Positions 16,012-25,069 of a stretch of DNA of 25,108 nucleotides are shown piece by piece. Origin of the DNA: a virus (taxonomy: Duplodnaviria; Caudoviricetes). Position numbers and translations under genes: made by a program. A model generated the notes under the pieces. The model was not told the origin of the DNA. It saw only the letters and a program-made list of their open reading frames with translations, and ran no database searches. Positions within the stretch are counted from its first letter, which is position 1; the number at the start of each line of letters is the position of its first letter. The stretch lies in IMG/VR virus record IMGVR_UViG_3300022178_000067, positions 1-25,108 of that record; one strand, 5' to 3'.

Positions 16012-19000
16012 ATGGCTAATAATTCCCCACTGGGCTACAACATCACAATCAATTCATTAGACAAACAGTTTGGGGAGGCATCACAACCTCAAGCAGACAG
16101 AACAGAGGATATTGTAGCCGTTACAGGTGAGGAAATTAGTACTACAGATGCTAAGACTAAAGTAACTGACTCTTCGTCTAACCAGTACTACGAAGCTTTC
16201 CTACGTGGCTATACTCAGAACAAGACAGCTGAAGAGTTGAAGCTTGAAGCTGAGGATATGGGGACTAAGGCTAATGAGTTCATTGGTAACTCCTCCTTTA
16301 TCTCTGAGCAAGCATTGACAGTCAACAATACTGACTACTCAGCTGTAGATGCTCGTGCTTCTACCAACTACCAAATTGCACAAGAGATCATCTCTGCTCG
16401 TCAGTTTGAGATTGGTGCTCGTAAGGGTTCCTTTGAACGTACACTAAACTCAGTAGATAGATTTCTTAGAGATGTATCACCTATTGGTACATACGAAGGT
16501 ATCACATCTAAGACTGAGCAACAGAGTCTTGACATCCTCAATGCTGCTACCCGTATGGCTCCTGATGAGTTCCGTGCTTGGTTCAATACCTTTGCTGACG
16601 ATGTAGCAAGTGAAGGTTTGTTTGCTGAGAATACACTAGGGTCTCTAGCTGACTTGACTGCCGAAACACTTGGTGCTGGCTACGATCCTAACAAAGGAAT
16701 GAACCAAGTATTTGCTGCACTAGATCTTATCGGTGTTGGGCAACTTGCTGCGGTAGGTGCTAAGGCTGTTGTGAAGACCTCTATGAGATCCTCTACAGCT
16801 ATCGGTAGGGTAGGTGCTATCAGAGGCTCTGAGGCTGCTGCTGAGGCCAGTGAGACTCTCCTACGTGTATCCCCTGACCCTGAGGTCTTAGGTAACGTAG
16901 CCCCATCTAACCTCGACCTAGCCCCACAGCCTGTTCGTCCTTCAGCTGCTAAGTTCACTGAGAAGTTTGCTGAGAATGAGATCATCAAGGGTATTGATGA
17001 CTTGTTCCAGAAGGGTGCCTTTGGTCGTGTAGCAGATCCTGAGGCTATCAAGCTTGCAGCCAGAAACATTGCAGATAAGTACAAGAAGAAAGTAACTAAC
17101 CCTGTCAATGACTGGAAAGTTGTAGACGAGGGCTTGGGCAACTACGTAACTTCAATTAGATTCGGTAAAGCTAAGGGTGGTGTACCCTACAAGGCTAGAC
17201 CTGATGGTAGCATCCCTCGTGGTGTCCAGAAATTAGCTGATGATATAGTTGCTACTACAAAGACTAATGCCAATGTAGTCCCAGTTGATGTTAATGATCT
17301 CTCCAAGGGTTACTTGGTTGAGGTAGTTGAACGTGTAAACCTTTCTGGCCTACAGAAGGCTATTGATCCTAGCTTGGGTATCGAAGCTGGTCTTGTTCGT
17401 AACACTCTTGGTCTTGTAATGAACAATGAAGTTGCAGGTTCAGCTGCACTACGTGATGTTCAACGTCTAAGTACTTTGTCAAGCATGGCAGAAGGTGCTC
17501 GTGCTGCTGTCAAGAACATTGCTGACCCCTACACAAAAGCAATCCAGAGACTAGGTGCACAAGAACGTTTCACAGTTCAAGCTGTATATACACAACTCCG
17601 TGATGGTGCTGACTCTGCCCTACGTGTACGTTACACTGATGGGGAGTTTACTGTTAAGTACCAACAGATGCACCCTAACGGTGCCTCACCTAGTGACAAT
17701 GCCTTGGAGGCTTACAAAGCTCTAGCATCTGTAGAAGAAGCTGACTACCTGCTCAAGACCTCAAACTTGTTGAACAGATACATTGAGAAGGGTTACCAAA
17801 ACTCAGTTAAGATCGAAGATAACTTCTACGTACCAGCTAAAAGAGTAAGCAAGTCTGATGTACCAGCTGATGCTAAGATTCTAGATGTTGAGTTTGGTGG
17901 TAAGATCCGTATCCAAGACCTAGAGGCAGAAGACATTCCTATCTGGAAGCTGGACAAGCCTACAGCTGACGGTCAAGAGTATGTAGTCAAGCCTAAGCAG
18001 GTTCGTATCATTGAGCCTACAGATGTAATGGGCTACAACCCAGGTGGTTCCAGAACCAACCCCAACCTGAACTACTTTGTTGTACTAGGTGACAAACGTC
18101 TTAAGGCTTTGATGGGTACATTCTCTGAGAAGCAAGCTAAGACAGCCAAAGAGCAGCTTGGTCGCATCCAACGTGCCTTGATAGATGGTGACAGTGCTAT
18201 CGACGACATCATTGAAGCTAACAATGACTGGAATCCTGGGGTACAAAACTTCGATGATCTAGTTAAAGTTATGGATGATGAAGGCTGGGACTTGAAGGCT
18301 GGTGACATCAACTACAGAGGCCGTAATGATGACATCCTGTCTAGTGAGGTAGACAACTCAGACATCTTTACTGGGATGAAGACAGACGATTACGTTACTA
18401 ACGACATGAGACGTAACGATACAGTGCTCATGGACTTTGGTGGTGGTAAAGCCTACAACGAAGACCCTATCAACTCTGTCTTAGGTCAGTTCGGTAACTC
18501 AGTATTCACCTACAGCAACAGAGCTTATGCTCGTAATGCTATGGTAGGCTGGGTTAAGAAGGTTCAACAGAAGAACCGTAGTTGGTTCCCAGATAATGTA
18601 TCTTCTACAGACTTCGAGATGCTGTTCCGTGAGGCTAAGATTAGTGGTACGGATGAGTTCTCTCGCCGTATGAAGGAACTACGTGACATTACTATGCGTA
18701 AGCTTAACATGCAAGATGAAGCTGCAAGTAGTATGGCTAACATGGGTCAGGGTATTGCTGAGTTTGTCTTTGATAAGACAGGTAAGCAGCTTAACCTTGG
18801 TGACCCTACCAATGGATTGTTGAAGATTGGCTTCCAGACTGCCTTTGGTTTCGGTAACGTATCCCAGTTCTTTATGCAGGGCTTCCATGCTACAACAGTA
18901 ATGGCTATTAGCCCTACTCATGGCCTCAAGGGTGCAGCTATGACGATCCCTGTGAGGGCTGCTCTACGGGCTAACACACCTGAGATGAGGAAGCTTGCAG

Positions 19001-20358
19001 TTCAACGTCTAGCTAAGGCAGCTTCCATTTCTGAGAAGGATGCTGATGAACTTATTGAGTACATCCACACTTCAGGTCGTGCTGTTGTAGACGGTGATGC
19101 TATCGAAGATGGTACAGGTGTTGGCTTCGGTATCTCAGGTTGGAACGGGGAAAGCATGAGGTACTCAGCCCTTAGTGGTGCTGGCTACAATGTCAATAAG
19201 CTGGCTACTAAAGGCTTGGACATGGGCTTGTACCCATTTAAGCAGGGTGAACGTCTAGCTCGTCTTACAGCTATCAACACAGCCTCCTTCGAGTTCAAAG
19301 CTAAGTTCCCTAAAGTATCTATCCTGTCTGACCAAGCCCGTGAGTGGATCACAAGACGTGAACAAGACCTGACATTCAACATGTCCTCTCTGTCTCGTGG
19401 TAAGGTTCAAGCTGGCTACCTGAAGGTTCCTACACAGTGGCTATCCTATACACTTCGTTCCCTTGAGACTGTATTTGTAGGCCGTAACTTCACTAAGGCT
19501 GAGAGAGCTAGATTGTTTGTAGCCCTTGCACCTATGTATGGTCTTACAGGCTTTGGTCTTGCGTCTGCTTCAGACTACATCGGAGAGAAACTAGGGGTAG
19601 AACCAGATAGTAACTGGTATATTGCAATGAAGTATGGTATGCTTGACGGGCTTATCGGTGCTCTTGGTGGTGATGTAGAGATTGGCCTCGGTCAACGTCT
19701 AGCACCAGTAGGAGCTATCACAGATACTTGGAAGAAGGTCTTTGAGGAGAGTGCTTACGGTGCTATTGCTGGTCCATCAGGTGAGATTGCAGGTAATCTC
19801 TACTCAGCTGTGACTGACTCAGTAAGCTCCTTGATTCACGGCCACACAGCAACACTGACAGATGATGTAATCAAAGTACTACGTCAACCTTCAGGTCTCG
19901 ACAACATTGCTAAGGCTTACGGCATCTTCAATAATGGTGTGTATCGCAGTAAGAATGGTATTGAACTTGAGAGTGAGATGACTGTCGGTGACGGTATCGT
20001 AGCCCTTACAGGCTTCACACCACTTGAGGTAGTTGAGAACTATTCTCGTCTAGGGCAGATCTACACAGACAACAAGAAGTTCTCTAACTTCCGTAAAGAA
20101 GTTAACCGTGATGCTGAAAGAATCTTCACTCTAATGGAAGGTGACAGGTCTGATGTAGACTTAGCTATCCAGCTTGTAGAAGAGCTACACGAACGTATCA
20201 GTTTCTCAGGATTCTCTTTCTCTCAGACAAGTCAGCTTCGGGCCTCTACTCGCAGCTCACTAGAGAGTAACTGGAGCAAGATACAAACTAATTTGATTCA
20301 ACAAGACAGACCGTATGCTCTACAAGCTACACAATCTATCCTGAAAGGTACAGAATAA
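16012..20358 (+). CDS. large internal virion/ejection protein
   Basis: 1448 aa, largely helical, in the T7 gp15/gp16 position. Hydrophobic Gly-rich segments near the C-terminus. No catalytic motif recognised. Confidence 0.7.
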   Translation: MANNSPLGYNITINSLDKQFGEASQPQADRTEDIVAVTGEEISTTDAKTKVTDSSSNQYYEAFLRGYTQNKTAEELKLEAEDMGTKANEFIGNSSFISEQALTVNNTDYSAVDARASTNYQIAQEIISARQFEIGARKGSFERTLNSVDRFLRDVSPIGTYEGITSKTEQQSLDILNAATRMAPDEFRAWFNTFADDVASEGLFAENTLGSLADLTAETLGAGYDPNKGMNQVFAALDLIGVGQLAAVGAKAVVKTSMRSSTAIGRVGAIRGSEAAAEASETLLRVSPDPEVLGNVAPSNLDLAPQPVRPSAAKFTEKFAENEIIKGIDDLFQKGAFGRVADPEAIKLAARNIADKYKKKVTNPVNDWKVVDEGLGNYVTSIRFGKAKGGVPYKARPDGSIPRGVQKLADDIVATTKTNANVVPVDVNDLSKGYLVEVVERVNLSGLQKAIDPSLGIEAGLVRNTLGLVMNNEVAGSAALRDVQRLSTLSSMAEGARAAVKNIADPYTKAIQRLGAQERFTVQAVYTQLRDGADSALRVRYTDGEFTVKYQQMHPNGASPSDNALEAYKALASVEEADYLLKTSNLLNRYIEKGYQNSVKIEDNFYVPAKRVSKSDVPADAKILDVEFGGKIRIQDLEAEDIPIWKLDKPTADGQEYVVKPKQVRIIEPTDVMGYNPGGSRTNPNLNYFVVLGDKRLKALMGTFSEKQAKTAKEQLGRIQRALIDGDSAIDDIIEANNDWNPGVQNFDDLVKVMDDEGWDLKAGDINYRGRNDDILSSEVDNSDIFTGMKTDDYVTNDMRRNDTVLMDFGGGKAYNEDPINSVLGQFGNSVFTYSNRAYARNAMVGWVKKVQQKNRSWFPDNVSSTDFEMLFREAKISGTDEFSRRMKELRDITMRKLNMQDEAASSMANMGQGIAEFVFDKTGKQLNLGDPTNGLLKIGFQTAFGFGNVSQFFMQGFHATTVMAISPTHGLKGAAMTIPVRAALRANTPEMRKLAVQRLAKAASISEKDADELIEYIHTSGRAVVDGDAIEDGTGVGFGISGWNGESMRYSALSGAGYNVNKLATKGLDMGLYPFKQGERLARLTAINTASFEFKAKFPKVSILSDQAREWITRREQDLTFNMSSLSRGKVQAGYLKVPTQWLSYTLRSLETVFVGRNFTKAERARLFVALAPMYGLTGFGLASASDYIGEKLGVEPDSNWYIAMKYGMLDGLIGALGGDVEIGLGQRLAPVGAITDTWKKVFEESAYGAIAGPSGEIAGNLYSAVTDSVSSLIHGHTATLTDDVIKVLRQPSGLDNIAKAYGIFNNGVYRSKNGIELESEMTVGDGIVALTGFTPLEVVENYSRLGQIYTDNKKFSNFRKEVNRDAERIFTLMEGDRSDVDLAIQLVEELHERISFSGFSFSQTSQLRASTRSSLESNWSKIQTNLIQQDRPYALQATQSILKGTE

Positions 20359-22862
20359 TGGCTGGTATATTTGCCCCAACACTTCAGAGTGAAGTTTCCC
20401 CTGAGCAAGCAGTTGAACAACCCTCTATGCTGGCTGCTATTGCTGGTTTAGGTGGTGACTTCCTGAGGACTATGGGTTCCTCTAAAGGCTCATCTTCAGG
20501 CTCAACTAAGGTAGACCCTAACTTGGCTACATTTCAGCAGGGCCTGGAACGTGTTCAAGCTATCAGAGACACTAAGGGTGAAGCTGCTGGTCTTATTGCT
20601 GAACGTCAGCTTGCCTCTAACTTTGCTATGCAGGGTGTAGAGTTTGGTACTGAGTATAAGAATGTCTACACAACTACTACAGGTCGTGAGTGGGCTGGGT
20701 ATGGTCGTGATACTGAGGACTTCATGCGTCAACAGGCTCTTCAAGACCCTCAAGTTCAAGCTTCATTCGTAGCTTCGTATGCTTTGCTACCTCAAGATTC
20801 CTCGGAAGAGCAACGTATTGAGTATGCTATTGGTCAGAAGGCTCAGCTTCAAGCTGCCTCTGATGTGATTGCTTTGTCTAAGTCTCAGGCAGGTTATTCA
20901 TGGTCAGTCCAAACTGAGTCTGCCTACGGTACAGCTATTGATTCATTCCTTAACACAAACTTGGGTGCCTTGGTAAACACTACAAAGCAAGGTGGCCGTG
21001 TAGGTCCACAGACATTAGCTAACTTAGGTGCTTCATGGGCTCAGCTTAAGGTTGGTGTGTCCCGTCCATCTGGTGTAACTAACGACCAGTGGGAAGCTAC
21101 CCAAGCAAAGATCACAAGCATTGATAACCTCCTCTCAACTCTGACTAAAGCATCATCTTCTGATTTATTGTTTGAAGAGATTACTACAGGGTTAGCTAAT
21201 GTTCTTCTTGAAAAGGGTGAGGGGTCTACTGCTTCTATTCTTGCTGCCGCCTCTGCTATCAAAGATCCTATGGGACTAGCTAACATGATGGGCAAGGGTG
21301 ATCTGAATAAATTTATTATGGATGTAGGCGATTCAATTAACCTAGACATCACACAGCCTCAGTTGTTTGGTCATATCGTAGAACAAAGTGGTGTAGGACT
21401 AGGTGGCTCACCATCAGGTAACATCACAGTAGATTCACTACCACCCTCTATCCAAGCTAAGGTTGAAGGGCTTACACCTCAGCAGTACTACAAAGGTCTT
21501 AAGGCTTCTGGTCAGTTGACTAAGATGGTTGACACCAATGCACTGCAACGCCCTGAGGGTCGTCAACAGTTCGTAGAGAATGCAGCTGGTATCGGTGCTG
21601 TGCTTATGTCAATGAGCAATGAGGACTTCTTGTCTGCATCTTTCCTTACTGAGTTGGTAGGCAGCCCACAGTTTGTTAAGAACGTAAATGCATTGGAGGG
21701 TGTTGATCCTGAGGGTGCTACTGTAGCCCGTACTTATGTACGCAGTGGTCTGACTACTGAACTTGTACGTCAACAACGTAACATGGCAGCCATTGAGGCT
21801 ACATCTACTGCTAATTGGAATGGTTCTAACTACGTTATCGACCAAGAACAACTACGAGCTAAAGTTCCAACATCTAGGATCGAAGAATTTAACCGTTCAT
21901 TGCAGAAAAACTATGGCGGTGACATACTGTCTGGTGTGCGTGACGGTTTCAGAAGAATGAATGACGTAACAGACGTAGTACAACTTGCTGGTCTATATAA
22001 TCTTGAGGGTGCTGTAGATCGTCGTGATGCTATTGGTGTTATTAACCAAACACTAGGTGCTCTTGCTGTAGACGAACCTGAAGGTGCTGTCACTTTTGAT
22101 GTGACACAACTATCAAGCCAGTCCACTACAGACCTTATTACTACAGCTGAAAGTGCCTTGGGCCTCAATGAAGTAAAGCAAAAAGATACCTTGGCTAACT
22201 TCCTCTCGGCTGGTGGTGTGGATATTGACCCATCACAAACAGCTTGGTGTGCTGCCTTCGTGAATGCTACCCTAGCTAAGACAGGTCTTGATGGTACCAA
22301 CGCCCTTAATGCTCGTTCCTTCTTGGATTGGGGTACAGAAGTTACGACACCACAGCTAGGTGACATTGTTGTCCTGTCTCGTGGAGAAGATCCAGCTAAG
22401 GGTCACGTAGGTTTCTTCAAGGGCTTCGATGCTGATGGTAACATTCTCATTCTAGGTGGCAATCAAGGTGACTCAGTAACTGTTGCATCCTTTAACAAGA
22501 ACCGTCTGCTTGGTTTCCGTAGACCTGAAGGTTTGACTGGTGGTGGTACTGAAGCTGGTCTAAGTCAAGCTGTGTATCGTGCTGGTACTGACCCTGACTT
22601 CCTTCCTGCTCCTACTGTAGCTTCTACTACACCAGCTGGAGTGACTACTACACCACTTGAAGCTGCACCTGTAGCCCCTGTAGATACTACAGCTACCTTA
22701 CCTGAACAGCAACAGCAGGTTACGTCAACTGAGGGTGGACAGGCTACTGCACCAACAACACCGCCTGAGATTTCTGCACTATTACAGGCAATCGGTGATC
22801 GTAATCTTACTTCAAGTGAATCACAGCAACTGCAAGATTATATCAGTAGCTTAGGTGGCTAA
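20358..22862 (+). CDS. internal virion/ejection protein with TIGR02594-type (NlpC/P60-CHAP-like) peptidoglycan peptidase domain
   Basis: AWCAAFVN...NARSFLDWG...GDIVVLSRG...GHVGFF...ILGGNQGDSV at about 22134-22526. Cys codon at 22248-22250 and His codon at 22404-22406. TAATG coupling. Confidence 0.85.
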   Translation: MAGIFAPTLQSEVSPEQAVEQPSMLAAIAGLGGDFLRTMGSSKGSSSGSTKVDPNLATFQQGLERVQAIRDTKGEAAGLIAERQLASNFAMQGVEFGTEYKNVYTTTTGREWAGYGRDTEDFMRQQALQDPQVQASFVASYALLPQDSSEEQRIEYAIGQKAQLQAASDVIALSKSQAGYSWSVQTESAYGTAIDSFLNTNLGALVNTTKQGGRVGPQTLANLGASWAQLKVGVSRPSGVTNDQWEATQAKITSIDNLLSTLTKASSSDLLFEEITTGLANVLLEKGEGSTASILAAASAIKDPMGLANMMGKGDLNKFIMDVGDSINLDITQPQLFGHIVEQSGVGLGGSPSGNITVDSLPPSIQAKVEGLTPQQYYKGLKASGQLTKMVDTNALQRPEGRQQFVENAAGIGAVLMSMSNEDFLSASFLTELVGSPQFVKNVNALEGVDPEGATVARTYVRSGLTTELVRQQRNMAAIEATSTANWNGSNYVIDQEQLRAKVPTSRIEEFNRSLQKNYGGDILSGVRDGFRRMNDVTDVVQLAGLYNLEGAVDRRDAIGVINQTLGALAVDEPEGAVTFDVTQLSSQSTTDLITTAESALGLNEVKQKDTLANFLSAGGVDIDPSQTAWCAAFVNATLAKTGLDGTNALNARSFLDWGTEVTTPQLGDIVVLSRGEDPAKGHVGFFKGFDADGNILILGGNQGDSVTVASFNKNRLLGFRRPEGLTGGGTEAGLSQAVYRAGTDPDFLPAPTVASTTPAGVTTTPLEAAPVAPVDTTATLPEQQQQVTSTEGGQATAPTTPPEISALLQAIGDRNLTSSESQQLQDYISSLGG

Positions 22863-23095
22863 TGTTTACCCTCTTAACCTCTAAGCTAAGCCGTATGTTA
22901 TCTGGTCTGCTTGCTGCTATTGGTATTCTCTTCGGGGTATACCTCTACGGTAAGCAGACACAGAAGCACGAGGATAAGCTAGACGATCTAGAGGACTACA
23001 AGAAGATAAGGGAGAGAATAGATGAGACCCCTATTAGTGTTGACATCAATGATGCTGTTGACAGGCTGTCTAAGCACAACCAACTACGGGACTGA
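22862..23095 (+). CDS. inner-membrane spanin (Rz-like)
   Basis: N-terminal TM (LSGLLAAIGILFGVYLYG) followed by a charged helical domain. Overlapped by a lipoprotein gene. Confidence 0.8.
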   Translation: MFTLLTSKLSRMLSGLLAAIGILFGVYLYGKQTQKHEDKLDDLEDYKKIRERIDETPISVDINDAVDRLSKHNQLRD

Positions 23096-23204
23096 GGCTA
23101 TATGCTCTATCCCTCTCCCTACTGTATCACGTAATGATACAACACAGACAATCATAGAAGTAGATAACTTCTCAGCCAAATGGAGGGCAGCTTGCAATGG
23201 CTAA
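23022..23204 (+). CDS. outer-membrane spanin lipoprotein (Rz1-like)
   Basis: Signal peptide with lipobox LLTG-C (Cys17). In the +1 frame overlapping the i-spanin by 74 nt. GGGAGA upstream. Confidence 0.82.
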   Translation: MRPLLVLTSMMLLTGCLSTTNYGTEAICSIPLPTVSRNDTTQTIIEVDNFSAKWRAACNG

Positions 23205-23457
23205 AGATCCTAGACTAGAGAGAGCTGGTGTATCAGGGTTCAACAAACCTAAGAAGACACCTAGTCATGCAACTAAATCTCATGTTGTTGTAGCCAAGGT
23301 AGGTGATGAGATCAAGACTATCAGGTTTGGTCAGCAGGGTGTCAGTGGAGACAAGAAGCCTACAGCTAGGCAGAAGTCTTTCAAGGCCAGACATGCCAAG
23401 AACATAGCCAAGGGTAAGATGAGTGCAGCTTACTGGGCCGACAAGGTGAAATGGTAA
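23197..23457 (+). CDS. small basic conserved viral protein (DUF6321/DUF5754-like)
   Basis: FNKPK.TP.H..KSH.V...IRFGQQG...RQKSFKARH...SAAYWA...W motif set, recalled from marine phages. SD GGAGG. Confidence 0.75.
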   Translation: MAKDPRLERAGVSGFNKPKKTPSHATKSHVVVAKVGDEIKTIRFGQQGVSGDKKPTARQKSFKARHAKNIAKGKMSAAYWADKVKW

Positions 23458-23469
23458 GGGAGATACATC

Positions 23470-23613
23470 ATGCCACTGAAGAAAGGTTACAGTAAAAAAA
23501 CTGTAAGCTCTAACATCAAGTTAGAAATGAAACACGGTAAACCTCAGAAGCAAGCAATAGCTATAGCTCTCAGGACGGCAGAAGAAGCCAAGAAGAAGAA
23601 ACGTAAGAAATGA
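23470..23613 (+). CDS. 47-aa Lys-rich phage protein (below the ORF-track cut-off)
   Basis: MPLKKGYSKKTVSSNIKLEMKHGKPQKQAIAIALRTAEEAKKKKRKK. SD AAGGGAG 7 nt upstream. Ends just before the terminator. Confidence 0.85.
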   Translation: MPLKKGYSKKTVSSNIKLEMKHGKPQKQAIAIALRTAEEAKKKKRKK

Positions 23614-23616
23614 ATG

Positions 23617-23651
23617 AAGCCCCAAGGAGAAATCCAAGGGGCTTTATCTTT
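23617..23651. terminator. bidirectional rho-independent terminator between convergent genome arms
   Basis: AAGCCCC-AA-GGA-GAAA-TCC-AA-GGGGCTT hairpin (23617-23644), with an A-rich flank on the left and TTTATCTTT on the right, between convergent stop codons. Confidence 0.85.
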
Positions 23652-23907
23652 ATTGTTTCATCTCTTGTATCAGTCTGTCGAGATACCATCTGGCTTTCTC
23701 TAGGTCTTCTACTGGCTTACTCTTGTACCTGTATCGATGCAGATACTTCTTAGCATTGCCTTCCAAGTATCCCATGAACATGAGAGGGTCCATGTTGTCC
23801 TTCATGTAGTCGATACATTCGATCTCACCGTTACCGTAGTGAGGTGGCTTGTTAACTGGGTCAACAGGTGACCCCTTGTCTTCATTGTATTCATGCATCT
23901 TATTCAC
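23650..23907 (-). CDS. DUF3310 protein (T7 gp1.7-like nucleotide kinase family)
   Basis: DPVNKPPHY..GEIECIDY...GNAKKYL.RY..K...EDLEKARWYL.RL. Likely GTG start at 23907, with SD AAGGAG 5 nt upstream and GTGA overlap with the phoH stop. Confidence 0.88.
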   Translation of the reverse strand: MNKMHEYNEDKGSPVDPVNKPPHYGNGEIECIDYMKDNMDPLMFMGYLEGNAKKYLHRYRYKSKPVEDLEKARWYLDRLIQEMKQ

Positions 23908-24608
23908 AGTTTCTCCTTCATAAATACCTTCACCCATTGAGCACATATATCACTCCGTACAATATCGTCAACACCAAACTCAATGATAGGTACAGGTAGC
24001 ATGTGTTTCTTGGCTAGATGAATAACCTTAGACAACCCATCAGCTTCCTTCAAGTCTGATTGCTGTACGTCACCATTGAGTACGATGGTAGTACCCTCAC
24101 CCACTCGTGTCAGTAGCATCTTAAGCTCATGGGTGGTGATGTTCTGTGTCTCGTCTACAATGATGAAGGCATCCTCAAAGCTACGTCCTCGCATCAATGC
24201 AAGAGGTGCCATCTCAATGTTGCCGTTCTTTATAGCTGTCTCTACTACACCCTTACCAAGGTGCTTCTCTAAGACATCCAAGACAGGCAAGGCCCAAGGC
24301 ATAGTCTTCTCGGCTAGGTCACCCTTAAGGAACCCAAGCTCTTTACCTACAGCTACGTGAGGACGAGTGATAACGATCTTATCAATCTTCTTCTCACTAT
24401 ACATCTGTGCTGCATGAGTAGCCGTGATGTATGTCTTACCTGTACCAGCTGGACCTAACACAAAGATCTGAGAACTGGAGTTCAAAGCATCAATGAAGTC
24501 CTTCTGCTTATCAGTACGTGGTAGTAGGACTACGGCTGGCTTCTTGTCAGCATTCTTGTACGTTGTCTTACGACGAGTAGTTGTCTTCTTGGGTTGCTGC
24601 TGTACCAT
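23904..24608 (-). CDS. phoH: PhoH-family ATPase
   Basis: GPAGTGKT Walker A, KIVITRP, LGFL.G, MRGRSF, IIVDETQN, LLTRVG, GDVQQSD and DIVRS motifs. ATG start at 24608 preferred over TTG 24620. Confidence 0.96.
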   Translation of the reverse strand: MVQQQPKKTTTRRKTTYKNADKKPAVVLLPRTDKQKDFIDALNSSSQIFVLGPAGTGKTYITATHAAQMYSEKKIDKIVITRPHVAVGKELGFLKGDLAEKTMPWALPVLDVLEKHLGKGVVETAIKNGNIEMAPLALMRGRSFEDAFIIVDETQNITTHELKMLLTRVGEGTTIVLNGDVQQSDLKEADGLSKVIHLAKKHMLPVPIIEFGVDDIVRSDICAQWVKVFMKEKL

Positions 24609-24609
24609 T

Positions 24610-25050
24610 TTATAATTCAATCAACTCTGCTGATGTGTATGGGATATGGAAGAACTTCTCACCCTTCTGGATGTATCGTCCCTTGGCTTCCTTGAGACTG
24701 TCCTGTGTTAGCAGTGTATCCTTGATCCTCCATGCTTGCTTGAAGTCAGGCCTAAAGATGTAGAAGTTTAGCACACCGTCTACAGAAGAATGCTTATCAA
24801 GGAGACGTTGCTTACGTCCTGGTAGTCTGATCTCAGCCCATGCTGTGTTCCAGTCACCCTTCCATGCTGTCTTAACCTCGGCCTCATTGAAGTACGTGAA
24901 GCCACCCTTCTGTGATACTACATCAACATTGTAGTTCTCCTCGTTGTTAACAATGATATGACCCTTTGACTCTAGGTAGGTCACCAATGCATTACGAGCT
25001 GGCTTATCGTAAGCCTCATACAATGCTCTGTTAAAGGGTCTCTTAATCAT
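24610..25050 (-). CDS. conserved phage protein, possible PD-(D/E)XK nuclease fold
   Basis: 146 aa with SD AGAGGA. VDVV...NEAEVK pattern after an N-terminal helix. Confidence 0.55.
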   Translation of the reverse strand: MIKRPFNRALYEAYDKPARNALVTYLESKGHIIVNNEENYNVDVVSQKGGFTYFNEAEVKTAWKGDWNTAWAEIRLPGRKQRLLDKHSSVDGVLNFYIFRPDFKQAWRIKDTLLTQDSLKEAKGRYIQKGEKFFHIPYTSAELIEL

Positions 25051-25069
25051 GTTGTATCCTCTTGTAATG

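Noticed and set aside
23494-23500. A7 run as a programmed frameshift or assembly error
   Set aside because: The 47-aa ORF reads through it intact (AGT AAA AAA ACT), and the run is not phased as an X XXY YYZ site.
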